A stretch of DNA of 64,000 nt, from contig JBBQDY010000001.1 in NCBI GenBank assembly GCA_038320155.1, positions 20 through 64,019 of the forward strand, written 5' to 3'. The stretch comes from Cytophagales bacterium (GTDB taxonomy: Bacteria; Bacteroidota; Bacteroidia; Cytophagales; Cyclobacteriaceae). The notes beneath the pieces are model-generated. The model did not search any database, was not told the DNA's origin, and saw nothing but the letters and a program-made list of their open reading frames with translations. The position numbers and the translations under genes were made by a program. This document shows positions 47,304 to 57,250 of this stretch, in pieces. The first letter of the stretch is position 1. Every line of letters begins with the position of its first letter.

Positions 47304-48404
47304 TCAAAAAGGAAGTTTAACTCTTCCAATGGATTCAATTCTAGCTTTTGCAGTTTCGATTGCTGCTTGCTGTGCTGGAATATTTTCCGCCTCTGATTTT
47401 TTCAGTATTTTCACGCAGGTATCGTATATTTTTTCGGTTTGTTGAAATACGATTTCCCGATTATATCCACCGAGGTATTCCATTCCGACATTAATCACTC
47501 CTCCGGCGTTGATCAAGAAATCAGGAGCATAAACGATCCCTTTCTTCATCAAAAGCTTTCCGTGCTTCTCCTCATCCTTCAATTGGTTATTCGCTCCGCC
47601 TGCGATTACTGCACATTTCAGTCTGTCGATAGTTTCGTCATTAATTGTTGCTCCAAGCGCACATGGGGAATAAATGTCCATCTGCAAATCATAGATTACA
47701 TTCGGGTCAACTGCTTGAGCGCCGGTAGCTTTTGCCACTTCCATTAATTTTTCCTGAAAAATGTCGGTGATCAGCACTTCAGCCCCTTCCTTAATCAAGT
47801 ATTCAATTAGGTATTTACCAACTTGCCCTACTCCCTGAACTCCGATCTTTTTACCAGAAAGGTCATCAGAGCCAAATGCTTTTTTTGCAGCGGCTTTCAT
47901 TCCCATGTAAACTCCAAAGGCAGTAACAGGGGATGGGTCTCCAGCGCCACCTTTGATCTCTGGCAAGCCGGCAACATGTCTAGTCTCCATGGCAATAAAC
48001 TCCATATCGGATATCTTCATATTGACATCTTCCGCGGTCACATATCTGCCGGAAAGGCTTTCCACAAATCTTCCAAATCGACGCATGAATGCTTCATTCT
48101 TCAATTTTGGATCACCAATGATGACTGCTTTACCTCCTCCGAGGTTAAGTCCTGCCAACGCATTTTTAAAAGTCATGCCTCGAGATAAACGCAACACGTC
48201 AGTAATCGCTTCTTCTTCGGAAGCATAAGGCCACATTCGCGTACCCCCTAATGCCGGACCTAGTACCGTATTGTGAATGCCAATCAAAGCTTTGAGTCCT
48301 GTTGCTTCATCATGGCAAATCACTAATTGCTCATGATCCATTTTGGTAATTTGGCCAAAAATAGAGCCTGCTTGATGCGTTTCTGTTGGTTTAATCTCTA
48401 ACAT
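47304..48404 (-). CDS. Leucine (Leu/Phe/Val) dehydrogenase
   Basis: 366 aa. Glu/Leu/Phe/Val dehydrogenase active-site region GLNLGGGKAVIIGDP and Rossmann motif GVQGVGQVG. Confidence 0.85.
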   Translation of the reverse strand: MLEIKPTETHQAGSIFGQITKMDHEQLVICHDEATGLKALIGIHNTVLGPALGGTRMWPYASEEEAITDVLRLSRGMTFKNALAGLNLGGGKAVIIGDPKLKNEAFMRRFGRFVESLSGRYVTAEDVNMKISDMEFIAMETRHVAGLPEIKGGAGDPSPVTAFGVYMGMKAAAKKAFGSDDLSGKKIGVQGVGQVGKYLIEYLIKEGAEVLITDIFQEKLMEVAKATGAQAVDPNVIYDLQMDIYSPCALGATINDETIDRLKCAVIAGGANNQLKDEEKHGKLLMKKGIVYAPDFLINAGGVINVGMEYLGGYNREIVFQQTEKIYDTCVKILKKSEAENIPAQQAAIETAKARIESIGRVKLPF

Positions 48405-48548
48405 GTGAACTTCGCTTTTTAGAATATGTTATATTTGGGTCGGTGAGGCGGTAAATTGCTCAATACAAAATTAAATACTTTTATTGGCCTTCAAAAGTTT
48501 ATTTTATCCCCAATCCGCTAACTAATTTCTGATATTTAAAATTTTTAT

Positions 48549-50342
48549 TTGGTGAAGCCACTTTGGAGACTAAATAAGTATCTGCTCAAGTACAAGGGAT
48601 TGCTGCTCTTGGGAATAGTATTTACTGTCATTTCTAATATTTTCGTAATTATCCCCGCACAGCTTGTCAGACTTGCCATAGATTATGTCGTAGAGAGTTT
48701 GACGATTTATAGGCCACTTCAAATTGGCGGCATGGGTGAACTTGCAAGAGAAATTTTTTTGAAATTCGTATTTGTTTTCGGAATTCTGATTTTGGCAATG
48801 GCGTTGTTAAGGGGATTTTTTCTTTTTCTCATTCGTCAGACTATTATCATTATGTCTCGAAAAATCGAGTTTGACATGAAAAGTGAGATATATCAGCACT
48901 ATCAGAATTTGCCGCTGAGTTTTTACAGAAAAAACAGTACAGGTGACCTGATGGCTCGAATCACAGAGGATGTCAGTCGAGTTCGAATGTATCTAGGCCC
49001 TGCTATCATGTACGGTTTGAATTTGTTGATTCTTTTCCCATTGGTGATCACGTATATGATTATGATCAATCCCGTACTGACGCTCTATTCACTTCTTCCT
49101 TTGCCGATACTTTCTTTGAGTATCTATTTTGTGAATAATATGATCAATGAGCGCTCTGAAAAGATCCAGCGGAGCCTAAGTGACTTGAGTACCTTTGTTC
49201 AAGAAGCATTTTCGGGAATCCGAGTTTTGAAAGCATTTGTGAGAGAAAGTGACAGTGCAAATGATTTTGCTACAGCGAGTGAGGACTACAAAATCAAATC
49301 CATTCGTTTGACCAAAGTGAATTCCTTGTTTTTCCCTTTGATCATGGCTTTGGTGGGAATTTCTACAATAATCACAGTTTATGTAGGTGGACTGCAGGTG
49401 ATCAATGGAGAAATCGGCTATGGAGTTATTGCGGAGTTTATTCTTTACGTGAACATACTGACATGGCCGGTGACTTCTTTGGGATGGATTACCAGCATCA
49501 TCCAGCGAGCTGCAGCCTCTCAGACTAGAATCAATGAGTTTCTAGACGTGAAAAATGGTATTGTGAGTTCTGAAAACCTTAAAACTGAAATCCAAGGGAC
49601 AATTGAAGTTTCCAATTTGACTTTTGTATATGCTGATTCAGGGATTAAGGCTTTAGATCAGGTCAGCTTTAAGATAAAAGCAGGGCAAACTTTGGGGATT
49701 ATCGGAACCACTGGTTCTGGTAAGTCAACAGTAGCAAATCTGCTCATGAGGATGTATGATCCAAATGAAGGTGGAATTTCTATTGATGGCAAACCCATCG
49801 CAGCCTACGATACTTCTGATCTTCGAAGACAAATCGGATATGTGCCACAGGACGTATTTTTATTCTCTGACACGATCGGAAATAATATTGCTTTTGGGAT
49901 CGATACAGCAGATGAAGCCATTATTCATCAGGCAGCAAAGGATGCGGATGTATACCAGAATATTATGGATTTCCCTAAGGGCTTTGAAACTATGCTAGGA
50001 GAGCGTGGAATCACCCTTTCCGGTGGTCAAAAGCAGCGTGTCTCCATTGCGAGAGCCATAGCAAAATCACCTAAAATTCTGATCCTGGACGATTGCTTAT
50101 CGGCAGTGGACACGAAGACTGAGAATGTGATCCTATCAGCGTTGAAAAAAATAATGAAAGACAGGACATCCATTATAATCTCACATAGAGTATCCTCAGC
50201 AAAGCTAGCAGATCAGATTATCGTTTTGGATGATGGCAGGATTGTAGAAAGTGGAAATCACGATTCGTTGATGGAGTTGAAAGGGGTCTATGCGGAGCTC
50301 TATGAGAAACAGACACAAGCAAGCGAAACCACTGAATCCTAA
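48549..50342 (+). CDS. ABC exporter, fused permease/ATPase (MsbA/multidrug type)
   Basis: 597 aa. Six-TM N-terminal half, Walker A GTTGSGKST, signature LSGGQKQR, Walker B ILILDD. Starts at TTG 48549 or GTG 48552. Confidence 0.9.
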   Translation: MVKPLWRLNKYLLKYKGLLLLGIVFTVISNIFVIIPAQLVRLAIDYVVESLTIYRPLQIGGMGELAREIFLKFVFVFGILILAMALLRGFFLFLIRQTIIIMSRKIEFDMKSEIYQHYQNLPLSFYRKNSTGDLMARITEDVSRVRMYLGPAIMYGLNLLILFPLVITYMIMINPVLTLYSLLPLPILSLSIYFVNNMINERSEKIQRSLSDLSTFVQEAFSGIRVLKAFVRESDSANDFATASEDYKIKSIRLTKVNSLFFPLIMALVGISTIITVYVGGLQVINGEIGYGVIAEFILYVNILTWPVTSLGWITSIIQRAAASQTRINEFLDVKNGIVSSENLKTEIQGTIEVSNLTFVYADSGIKALDQVSFKIKAGQTLGIIGTTGSGKSTVANLLMRMYDPNEGGISIDGKPIAAYDTSDLRRQIGYVPQDVFLFSDTIGNNIAFGIDTADEAIIHQAAKDADVYQNIMDFPKGFETMLGERGITLSGGQKQRVSIARAIAKSPKILILDDCLSAVDTKTENVILSALKKIMKDRTSIIISHRVSSAKLADQIIVLDDGRIVESGNHDSLMELKGVYAELYEKQTQASETTES

Positions 50343-50413
50343 AAGATATCGTTTCATTAATTCCTGCTATTCAAATAAGTATGTAAATTGAAAGGAATCA
50401 AACTGAATAGTTT

Positions 50414-50734
50414 ATGGAAGAGCAAAAGTCTAAAGCCAAAGAAATTGAAACGGTTCTCAAAGAAATTGGTGACAAAATAGAAGAGCTAGTTAAAAAAGGC
50501 GCCGAAGCAGGAATGGAAGTGAAGGAGGAGGTGGAAAAGAAGATTCAGGAATTAAAGGAAAATAAGACTACCCTAGAGGAAGAACTCAAGAAAGGAAAGG
50601 CGCTCCTGGAACGGGAATATAACGAGCGGAAAGAAGAATTTGAGCCGAAACTCAAGGAATCGAAAGGGTTCTTCAAAGAGGGATTAAAACAGTTTGGTTT
50701 AGCACTGAAGGCACTCCTCGGTAAAAAAAGTTAG
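50414..50734 (+). CDS. Hypothetical K/E-rich coiled-coil protein (106 aa)
   Basis: ATG start, strongly charged heptad-like sequence, and a strong terminator downstream. Confidence 0.5.
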   Translation: MEEQKSKAKEIETVLKEIGDKIEELVKKGAEAGMEVKEEVEKKIQELKENKTTLEEELKKGKALLEREYNERKEEFEPKLKESKGFFKEGLKQFGLALKALLGKKS

Positions 50735-50756
50735 CGGAAATCAATGATTTTGAAGC

Positions 50757-50797
50757 ATCAAAAAAGGCCAGAAGTATATAGCATCTGGCCTTTTTTT
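50757..50797. terminator. Bidirectional intrinsic terminator
   Basis: ggccaga (50766-72) pairs with tctggcc (50784-90), flanked by an A-run and T7. It lies between the convergent genes. Confidence 0.75.
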
Positions 50798-52164
50798 CAT
50801 TTTTCAGCGAGGACATCGCATCGATCATAAAGTGGATCCAAGTCAATGAAGATGTCTTCTTTTGCAGTGACAAACCATTTGCTTAGGAGATCATCTTCTT
50901 TTCGTCGAAGAGTTGCCGCTTTCAATTTTTCATAATCATCTGAAAGATTGGCTCTATGAGCTGGATATTTATCCTTGTAATATAAAATCCGAAGCTTAGT
51001 GCCTTCCCGTGGGTCTTCGTATTGAATAGGCTTAGTAATCGCCCCAACCTTCATACTATCAAGCGTGAAGTATAAAACGGGATCTTCAAGCGTTCGGAGT
51101 GTAAGGCGACTGGAATTATTAGCTGGATCGGTGAAGAAGCCACCATTATCTGATGTCGCTCGATCATCTGAATATTCCTTTGCAGCATTCGCAAATTCAA
51201 TTCTTCCAGCTTGTATCTCTGTTTTCAAACTATCTAGGTATCGCTCAGCTTTGTCAATATCTTCTTGAGTTGCTTTTGGGATTCTCAAGATGTGACGGGT
51301 ATTGTAAGTACTTCCTTTGATTTCCAGTAATTGAATCAAGTGAATTCCAAAATCGGTCTCGACCGGATCACTTAGCTCCCCTGGTCTTAATGCCAAAGCG
51401 GTTGCCTCAAATTCAGGGGCTAATTCTCCTCTTCTGAAAAACCCTAAATCTCCCCCTTGAGCACCGGATCCCGGATCTTCTGAATATTCTTTAGCTAAAA
51501 CTGCAAACTCAGCTTTGCCTGATCCGATATCATCTTTGAACTTTCGAAGTTGCTCAAACATCTCCTCTTTGGTTCTTTGATTGACCTCAGGTTTTTTAAC
51601 GATTTGACCAACTGTGACCTCAGCTGAGAAAAATGGTAGTGAATCCGAAGGGATACTATTGTAAAAAGCTCTTACCTCAGCTGGTGAGACGGTAAGTCCT
51701 TCTGTGATCTTTCCTCTCATACGCTGAACGATCAATTGCTCACGGATTACTTCTTCGATCTCCTTTTTGAGTTGATCACCTGTTTTTCCATAAGATTGAA
51801 GTAAAGTGGCCTCATCACCTCCGAACTGCTGCATGACCATATTGAAACGACTGTCTGTCTGGAGCATTACTTCCGCATCAGTGACCAAGACCGAATCAAT
51901 CTCTGCCTTAGCGACCATGAGCTTGTTGATCATCAATGATTCAAATACTTCACATCGTGTAGGAGGCTCGACGCCTTGCTGGGCTTGTCCAATTGCTTCC
52001 AGGTAAGTCTTTTGGACATCAGATTCCAAAATGATGTAATTATCCACTTTCGCTACAATCTTATCCAGTACTTGACCGGTAGGCTGAGTAGCTTCCTGAG
52101 CAAATGCAGTAGTTTGAAGTAAAACTAGTACTAGGCAAATCGTAAGTTGGTTCAGTTTATTCAT
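50797..52164 (-). CDS. Periplasmic parvulin-type peptidyl-prolyl isomerase (SurA-like)
   Basis: 455 aa. Signal peptide, SurA N-domain-like region, and PpiC domains (GGDLGFFRRGELAPEF...FGIHLIQ). Confidence 0.8.
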   Translation of the reverse strand: MNKLNQLTICLVLVLLQTTAFAQEATQPTGQVLDKIVAKVDNYIILESDVQKTYLEAIGQAQQGVEPPTRCEVFESLMINKLMVAKAEIDSVLVTDAEVMLQTDSRFNMVMQQFGGDEATLLQSYGKTGDQLKKEIEEVIREQLIVQRMRGKITEGLTVSPAEVRAFYNSIPSDSLPFFSAEVTVGQIVKKPEVNQRTKEEMFEQLRKFKDDIGSGKAEFAVLAKEYSEDPGSGAQGGDLGFFRRGELAPEFEATALALRPGELSDPVETDFGIHLIQLLEIKGSTYNTRHILRIPKATQEDIDKAERYLDSLKTEIQAGRIEFANAAKEYSDDRATSDNGGFFTDPANNSSRLTLRTLEDPVLYFTLDSMKVGAITKPIQYEDPREGTKLRILYYKDKYPAHRANLSDDYEKLKAATLRRKEDDLLSKWFVTAKEDIFIDLDPLYDRCDVLAEK

Positions 52165-52215
52165 ATGAGTCTTTCATCCAAGGCGATTACCCAAGAAGAT
52201 TAGCTTGATTAAATT

Positions 52216-54210
52216 CTATTGATTCAGCGAAATAAAGGCTTCTTCTTTCGCTTTTGCATTTACTGTAATGGGATATTTTTTTCGCAGCTCTTCGATTAGC
52301 TTTTCATCCAGGTATTCTTGGAAATCTCGAATAACTATTCCGCGGGTTTCTTCAAATTTCTTTGCGCCAGCAGGGTATTTTTCACCGAGTAATATGAGGT
52401 GAAGATCTCCATTTACCTCAAGCTCTTGGTAGCCTAGATTTAGATTTGCCTTCGAGAGAACTGGATGATTTTTATATTCAAATATTCCTTGCTCAGTTTG
52501 GAAAGCGAGGGGGCTGTTTTGGGCATAATCAGCTTCAAAACTGGCGATCAAATCTTTGCTGAGCGATTTGTCAGCTAATAGGTTTTTGGCATGACTAGCC
52601 TTAGTCAAATCAAGAACATTAACCAGATAGGCATCGATCCGATTTTCCCATTGGTACTGTTTGATATTCTTTTTGAAATAGTCTCGCTGTGCTACCGAGT
52701 CTTCAATTCCTTTTTGCCATACCTCTTGATTCATCAGGGAAAAGAGTAGAATTCCATCACGATATTCATTGAGAAGCATTTTGTAATCTTTATTATTTGC
52801 TGCCAAATCTTTTTCTTCAGCCTCATTTAATTTCAATGCGGTATATCGATCATACCAAAAATCGAAAGGACTCAGGTTAGTTTTGATCGCAGAATCTTCG
52901 CCATCAAGGAAGTTCAAGAAATCGGAAGTCGTGTACGATTGATTGCCTATTTTGAATAGTTCTTTCCCCTCAAGTTCTTCAGCTGAAAGCACTGACTTAA
53001 AAGCTGACTTGGATGAGGAATTCAGCGTTTTCCTTATTGAGGCTACTGTCTGCTCATTTTCGTCAAAACTGTAACGAGATTTTTGAACGGCCATTACCTG
53101 GGACTTGATCATTGTAGATCTCGAATCTCTCATGATTCTTGACTTGATGCTCTCCTCCAAATCCTCGAAAGGCTCCACCGGTTTTTTATCCTCCAATCTG
53201 AGGATATGGTAACCATATTGAGTGCGGATCGGGGGAGACACTTCTCCCAACTCTGATAGACTAAATGCTGCCATCTCAAATTCAGGGATCATTGAACCTA
53301 CGCTGAACCAAGGAAGGAGGCCTCCTTTTTGGCTTGAACTAGGATCTTCAGAAAAATTCAAAACGATTTCCTCCCAAACTGTCGACTCCTTTTGAATCTG
53401 TGTATAGATGTCATTTACTTTCCTTTTTGCCAGATCTTCACCATTGGAATTGGATGGATCTATTCGTACCAAAATGTGAGATACTTGTACTTGGCCTGGA
53501 TTAGGCTGTCTATCTTGAACCTTAATGACGTGATATCCAAAATTCGTAAGTACGGGATTTGATACCTCAGTTGGCTTCATCGTGTAGGCTGCATCCTCAA
53601 AAGGCTGCACCATCTGAAGCGCTGTGAAATACCCGAGATCACCTTTATTTTGCTTTGCCGAAGGATCATCGGAATATTCAACTGCTAGGGTATTAAAATC
53701 ACCACCTGATTCCAACTCGCTTTTTACCTTTAAGGCCATTTTCAGGACAATAAGGCTATCTTCAGAAGAGGCATTTGGAGGAAACTGGAGTAAAATATGG
53801 CTTGCCCGAATTACTTCTTGAAGCCTGGCATATGCTTTTCGTAATTCCCCCTCTTCAAGCGAATTTTTTATTAGAAAAGGTGCTTTTAGGTTTTCTCGGA
53901 AGGATTCAAACTCCAGTTTGAACTCTTCAGTCTGATCCAATCCTTTCGCCTCCGCCTCTCTTACTTTCAACTTATAATTGATGAAAAGCTCCATGTTTTC
54001 CTCAAATTCCTCTCTTGACATGCCGGAAGTTCCGGTTTCAGTGTTTTGAGTTTTACCTAGGAGGTAGATCAATTCGTCTTTGGCCACCGACTTTCCACCC
54101 AAGGTCAAAAGAGGTTCTTGCGCAGTTTGTGCAAATAGATTTCCTGGTTGAGAAAAGCCTGTTGCTAAGAAAAATAAGATTAAATATGCCGAAGTGGTTC
54201 GGTGTTTCAT
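52216..54210 (-). CDS. Periplasmic parvulin-type peptidyl-prolyl isomerase (large SurA/PpiD-like)
   Basis: 664 aa. Signal peptide and two PpiC domains (GDLGYFTALQMV...GYHVIKV and GGLLPWFSVGSM...GYHILRL). Confidence 0.78.
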   Translation of the reverse strand: MKHRTTSAYLILFFLATGFSQPGNLFAQTAQEPLLTLGGKSVAKDELIYLLGKTQNTETGTSGMSREEFEENMELFINYKLKVREAEAKGLDQTEEFKLEFESFRENLKAPFLIKNSLEEGELRKAYARLQEVIRASHILLQFPPNASSEDSLIVLKMALKVKSELESGGDFNTLAVEYSDDPSAKQNKGDLGYFTALQMVQPFEDAAYTMKPTEVSNPVLTNFGYHVIKVQDRQPNPGQVQVSHILVRIDPSNSNGEDLAKRKVNDIYTQIQKESTVWEEIVLNFSEDPSSSQKGGLLPWFSVGSMIPEFEMAAFSLSELGEVSPPIRTQYGYHILRLEDKKPVEPFEDLEESIKSRIMRDSRSTMIKSQVMAVQKSRYSFDENEQTVASIRKTLNSSSKSAFKSVLSAEELEGKELFKIGNQSYTTSDFLNFLDGEDSAIKTNLSPFDFWYDRYTALKLNEAEEKDLAANNKDYKMLLNEYRDGILLFSLMNQEVWQKGIEDSVAQRDYFKKNIKQYQWENRIDAYLVNVLDLTKASHAKNLLADKSLSKDLIASFEADYAQNSPLAFQTEQGIFEYKNHPVLSKANLNLGYQELEVNGDLHLILLGEKYPAGAKKFEETRGIVIRDFQEYLDEKLIEELRKKYPITVNAKAKEEAFISLNQ

Positions 54211-54298
54211 GGATTAAATGCCCGCTTAGAGAGTGCAATTTTACAAATTTATTAGGATTTAAAGTCAAATGCCCCGAATACTAAGCATTTAACAAGAA

Positions 54299-54712
54299 TT
54301 AGGATTGAAACCACTTGATCAACCTGCAAGTATTTGTGCCTTTTGTTGATTCAAATTCGATTTCATCCATAATCTTCTTTACCAAAATGATGCCTAAACC
54401 GCCTTTGCGCTTTTCTCCTTTGACTTTAATTAGATCAGGAATTTCGTAATCAAGCAAGTTGAAGGCCTTTCCCTGATCTGTGATTTCGAAGATAAGTTTG
54501 CCCGGAGACTCTTTTACTTCTAGGTCAATGTGATCTTTGGGATTGCATCCATGTGAGTGAATGATCAGGTTTGCACAGACTTCTTCCACTGCTAACGTAA
54601 GTTGAAGTTTGTCATTTTCGGAAAGAAATGGCATCGTCAGCGTGCGTCGCAAAAAATCTCTCAACTCTGCAAGTGCGGTGGTCTGACAATATATGGTGAT
54701 CCTATGTTCCAT
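54299..54712 (-). CDS. RsbW/SpoIIAB-type anti-sigma-like serine kinase (HATPase_c)
   Basis: 137 aa. N-box EEVCANLIIHS and G-box KRKGGLGIILVKKIMDE. Confidence 0.8.
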   Translation of the reverse strand: MEHRITIYCQTTALAELRDFLRRTLTMPFLSENDKLQLTLAVEEVCANLIIHSHGCNPKDHIDLEVKESPGKLIFEITDQGKAFNLLDYEIPDLIKVKGEKRKGGLGIILVKKIMDEIEFESTKGTNTCRLIKWFQS

Positions 54713-54713
54713 A

Positions 54714-55046
54714 TCAGTCAGAAAGCGCAGTTTGTTTATCCGGGAAAATCGCCATTAACTGATTTAGTCCTAATATTTTGAATACTTCAAATACTTTTTC
54801 AGAGAGTCCAAAAATTCTGAAGTCTATATTTTTCTCTTGAAAATCCTCCAAGTAAGACATGAAAACCCCTAATCCTGCAGAAGAAATGTATTCCAGTCCC
54901 TGGCCATCGATCAAGATCGCTTTATTTCCGTCCGCGATCAGCTTCTGAATAGACTCATCTAGGAGCACGGAGTTGCTGGCATCTACTTCTCCCTGAAGAA
55001 TTAAGACATGGTAACCATTCTCTTCAAGTCCTTTGATATTGAGCAT
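54714..55046 (-). CDS. STAS-domain anti-anti-sigma-like protein (RsbV/SpoIIAA type)
   Basis: 110 aa. Phosphorylatable-serine motif LEYISSAGLGVF. Confidence 0.85.
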   Translation of the reverse strand: MLNIKGLEENGYHVLILQGEVDASNSVLLDESIQKLIADGNKAILIDGQGLEYISSAGLGVFMSYLEDFQEKNIDFRIFGLSEKVFEVFKILGLNQLMAIFPDKQTALSD

Positions 55047-55069
55047 AATTGAGTTTCTATTTGATATGA

Positions 55070-57130
55070 CTAGTTAAACTTCACGACCATCATGGAATAA
55101 TCATCATCGATTTTTCCATCTCCTCCTACGAAGTGATGAAGTGAATCGATAAGACTTGTTTGGATTTCTTTTGAGTTATGCTCATTGTAAACTTCTAGTA
55201 AGGAGCGTAATCTTTCAAAACCGAATTGTTTTCCTTGATGGTTTTTGGCCTCAATGACTCCGTCTGTGAATAAAACTAAAATATCACCAGCCCTATAGGT
55301 GAAAGTCTTTTCCTCAACGTGATTTTCATAAAGCTTGTTTCTTAAAATTCCCAAGCCAAGGCCTTCAATTCCCAAATAATCTGATTTTGAAGCCGATGAG
55401 CTGAAATGCAATGACGGAACATGGCCTGCTCTTGCGTGGCAAAAGGTTTTTCTTTCAGTATTGATCAAGAAAATAGATACCGTGATGAAGTGATTCCGCA
55501 CGAGACATTTGCTCAAGGCAGAGTTAGCTTTGATTAGAAAGTCAGTCGGACTCAGATTTAATTGGATCAAACTTTGAAAGATTCCTTTCATCTGGGCCAT
55601 ATGGAATGCAGCTGAGGTACCTTTTCCAGAGACATCGCCAATGATCAAAACATACCGATCTTCATCCAGCTTGAAAGTGTCGTAATAGTCTCCACCTACT
55701 TCATCTGCGGCATTAGAATAGGCGGAAATATCAAAAGAGTCGTTATGATCAAGTTTGGTAGGTAATAGTGCTTTTTGGACTCGTTGGGCGATCTTCAACT
55801 CCTCTTGGTAGCGCTCATTCAATATCGCTTGGTTAAGTAATCGGTGATTTTCCACTGAAATACAAGCTTGACTTACAAAAGTGCTGACGATGTTAATCAT
55901 TTCGTTATTAAAGCCATCTTTCACTTCTTTGATCATTATTATCCTCCCGATAGGAATCTTATTGATCGACAATGGCACCAAAAGTGCTGATTCGAATCTG
56001 GGGTGATCAATCCGTATTTCTTGAATATTAATGTTTTTGGCCAAATTTTCATTTGGTTTTCCGACCAAACTTTTTGATGTATTGATTAGTGCTGAAAGTT
56101 CTTCACGGGTCTTGGAATCAATGAATCGCTCGAACTGAAAATCGACTGATTGATCTTCTCGTTCCATCTCAAGCCAAGCGCCATCTGCATAAGACGCACT
56201 CATGCAAGAGTCCATTAAGATGTCGAGTACCTGCTCTTCATTTTCGTCAGCCTTAATAGATTGACTTAAGCGCTGAAAGCTAATCGCCTCAGTTAGTTTT
56301 TGCTCAAAAACAGAAGAGGTCGGAAGGTTGAAAAGAGTTACTAAAAAACTGAAAAGAGCATAGGAAAAAATGAAAGCAAAGAGACTGATTAAAAATAGGT
56401 TGTCCGTAAGGTTGACCGGATAGATGAGTTTATTGGTATATCCTTGGATCTGGATAAAAAGGAATCCACACGAGATGAGGATAATAAATAAGAAAAGTAG
56501 GGATTTCCACTTTTCTTTAAATGTGAGGTAAGGAATCCATTTTAGATTACCCGAAAGCACAAGGCCAAGTCCGACCAGAAGCACCAGTCCAAAAAGGAAG
56601 CTATAATCAAAGGTGTTTTGATTAAAAAATATGAAAAACATCGCTCCGAGCATTGCAAACTCATAAGCTTGCCATTGCTTTACGACGCGCTTACTTTTCT
56701 GATAGAGGATAAGGTGCTTCCAGAGCAGCGCTGAGGAAATCAGGAAAATGGAAGTAAGTGCAAAATTGATATGGTAAAAAAGATTTCTAAGAAAGGGTTC
56801 TTGCGCGAGTCTGCTTTCACCCAATGATCCATAAAACAAGAAGATGAACAAGGAAACAGCTACCGCAAAGAGACCCGTAGAAGCAGCTCTCCAAATCAAG
56901 TTTAGGAATTCATTTTTGGAGTTTTTGGAAATGGAATAAGAATAAAAAACATACACCATCAGAAAAAACAGAATTTCTAGGATCCATGTAAATTCGATGG
57001 CAATTCCGGAATCTATCTCGTTGAGAATCCCAAATAATCTGACCAAATCAACAAACAGCAGAGCCAACCATACCAATATGGCTAGCAGTAAGCTTAGCTT
57101 TCCAAAGTTGAATTGTGGTAGTTTGATCAT
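55070..57130 (-). CDS. Membrane-bound PP2C (SpoIIE/RsbU-type) phosphatase with polytopic N-terminal sensor and central GAF-like region
   Basis: 686 aa. About 8 predicted TM helices in the first ~270 aa. PP2C motifs DYYD, GDVSGKGTSAAFHM, TDGVIEA, and DDYSMMVVKF at the C-terminus. Confidence 0.85.
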   Translation of the reverse strand: MIKLPQFNFGKLSLLLAILVWLALLFVDLVRLFGILNEIDSGIAIEFTWILEILFFLMVYVFYSYSISKNSKNEFLNLIWRAASTGLFAVAVSLFIFLFYGSLGESRLAQEPFLRNLFYHINFALTSIFLISSALLWKHLILYQKSKRVVKQWQAYEFAMLGAMFFIFFNQNTFDYSFLFGLVLLVGLGLVLSGNLKWIPYLTFKEKWKSLLFLFIILISCGFLFIQIQGYTNKLIYPVNLTDNLFLISLFAFIFSYALFSFLVTLFNLPTSSVFEQKLTEAISFQRLSQSIKADENEEQVLDILMDSCMSASYADGAWLEMEREDQSVDFQFERFIDSKTREELSALINTSKSLVGKPNENLAKNINIQEIRIDHPRFESALLVPLSINKIPIGRIIMIKEVKDGFNNEMINIVSTFVSQACISVENHRLLNQAILNERYQEELKIAQRVQKALLPTKLDHNDSFDISAYSNAADEVGGDYYDTFKLDEDRYVLIIGDVSGKGTSAAFHMAQMKGIFQSLIQLNLSPTDFLIKANSALSKCLVRNHFITVSIFLINTERKTFCHARAGHVPSLHFSSSASKSDYLGIEGLGLGILRNKLYENHVEEKTFTYRAGDILVLFTDGVIEAKNHQGKQFGFERLRSLLEVYNEHNSKEIQTSLIDSLHHFVGGDGKIDDDYSMMVVKFN

Positions 57131-57250
57131 GAAATTGCCATAGTAAAGGTAATCACAAGATTTAATTTAGTTGTCTCGGGGAATCTGGCAATTATAAGCC
57201 AATTTCAAAAAATCTAAAACGAATGGAATCCAAGGAAATGTTATTGGCGA

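Noticed and set aside
47823-48228. 121-aa and 91-aa plus-strand ORFs
   Set aside because: They are antisense to the Leu dehydrogenase gene, which has clear catalytic and Rossmann motifs.
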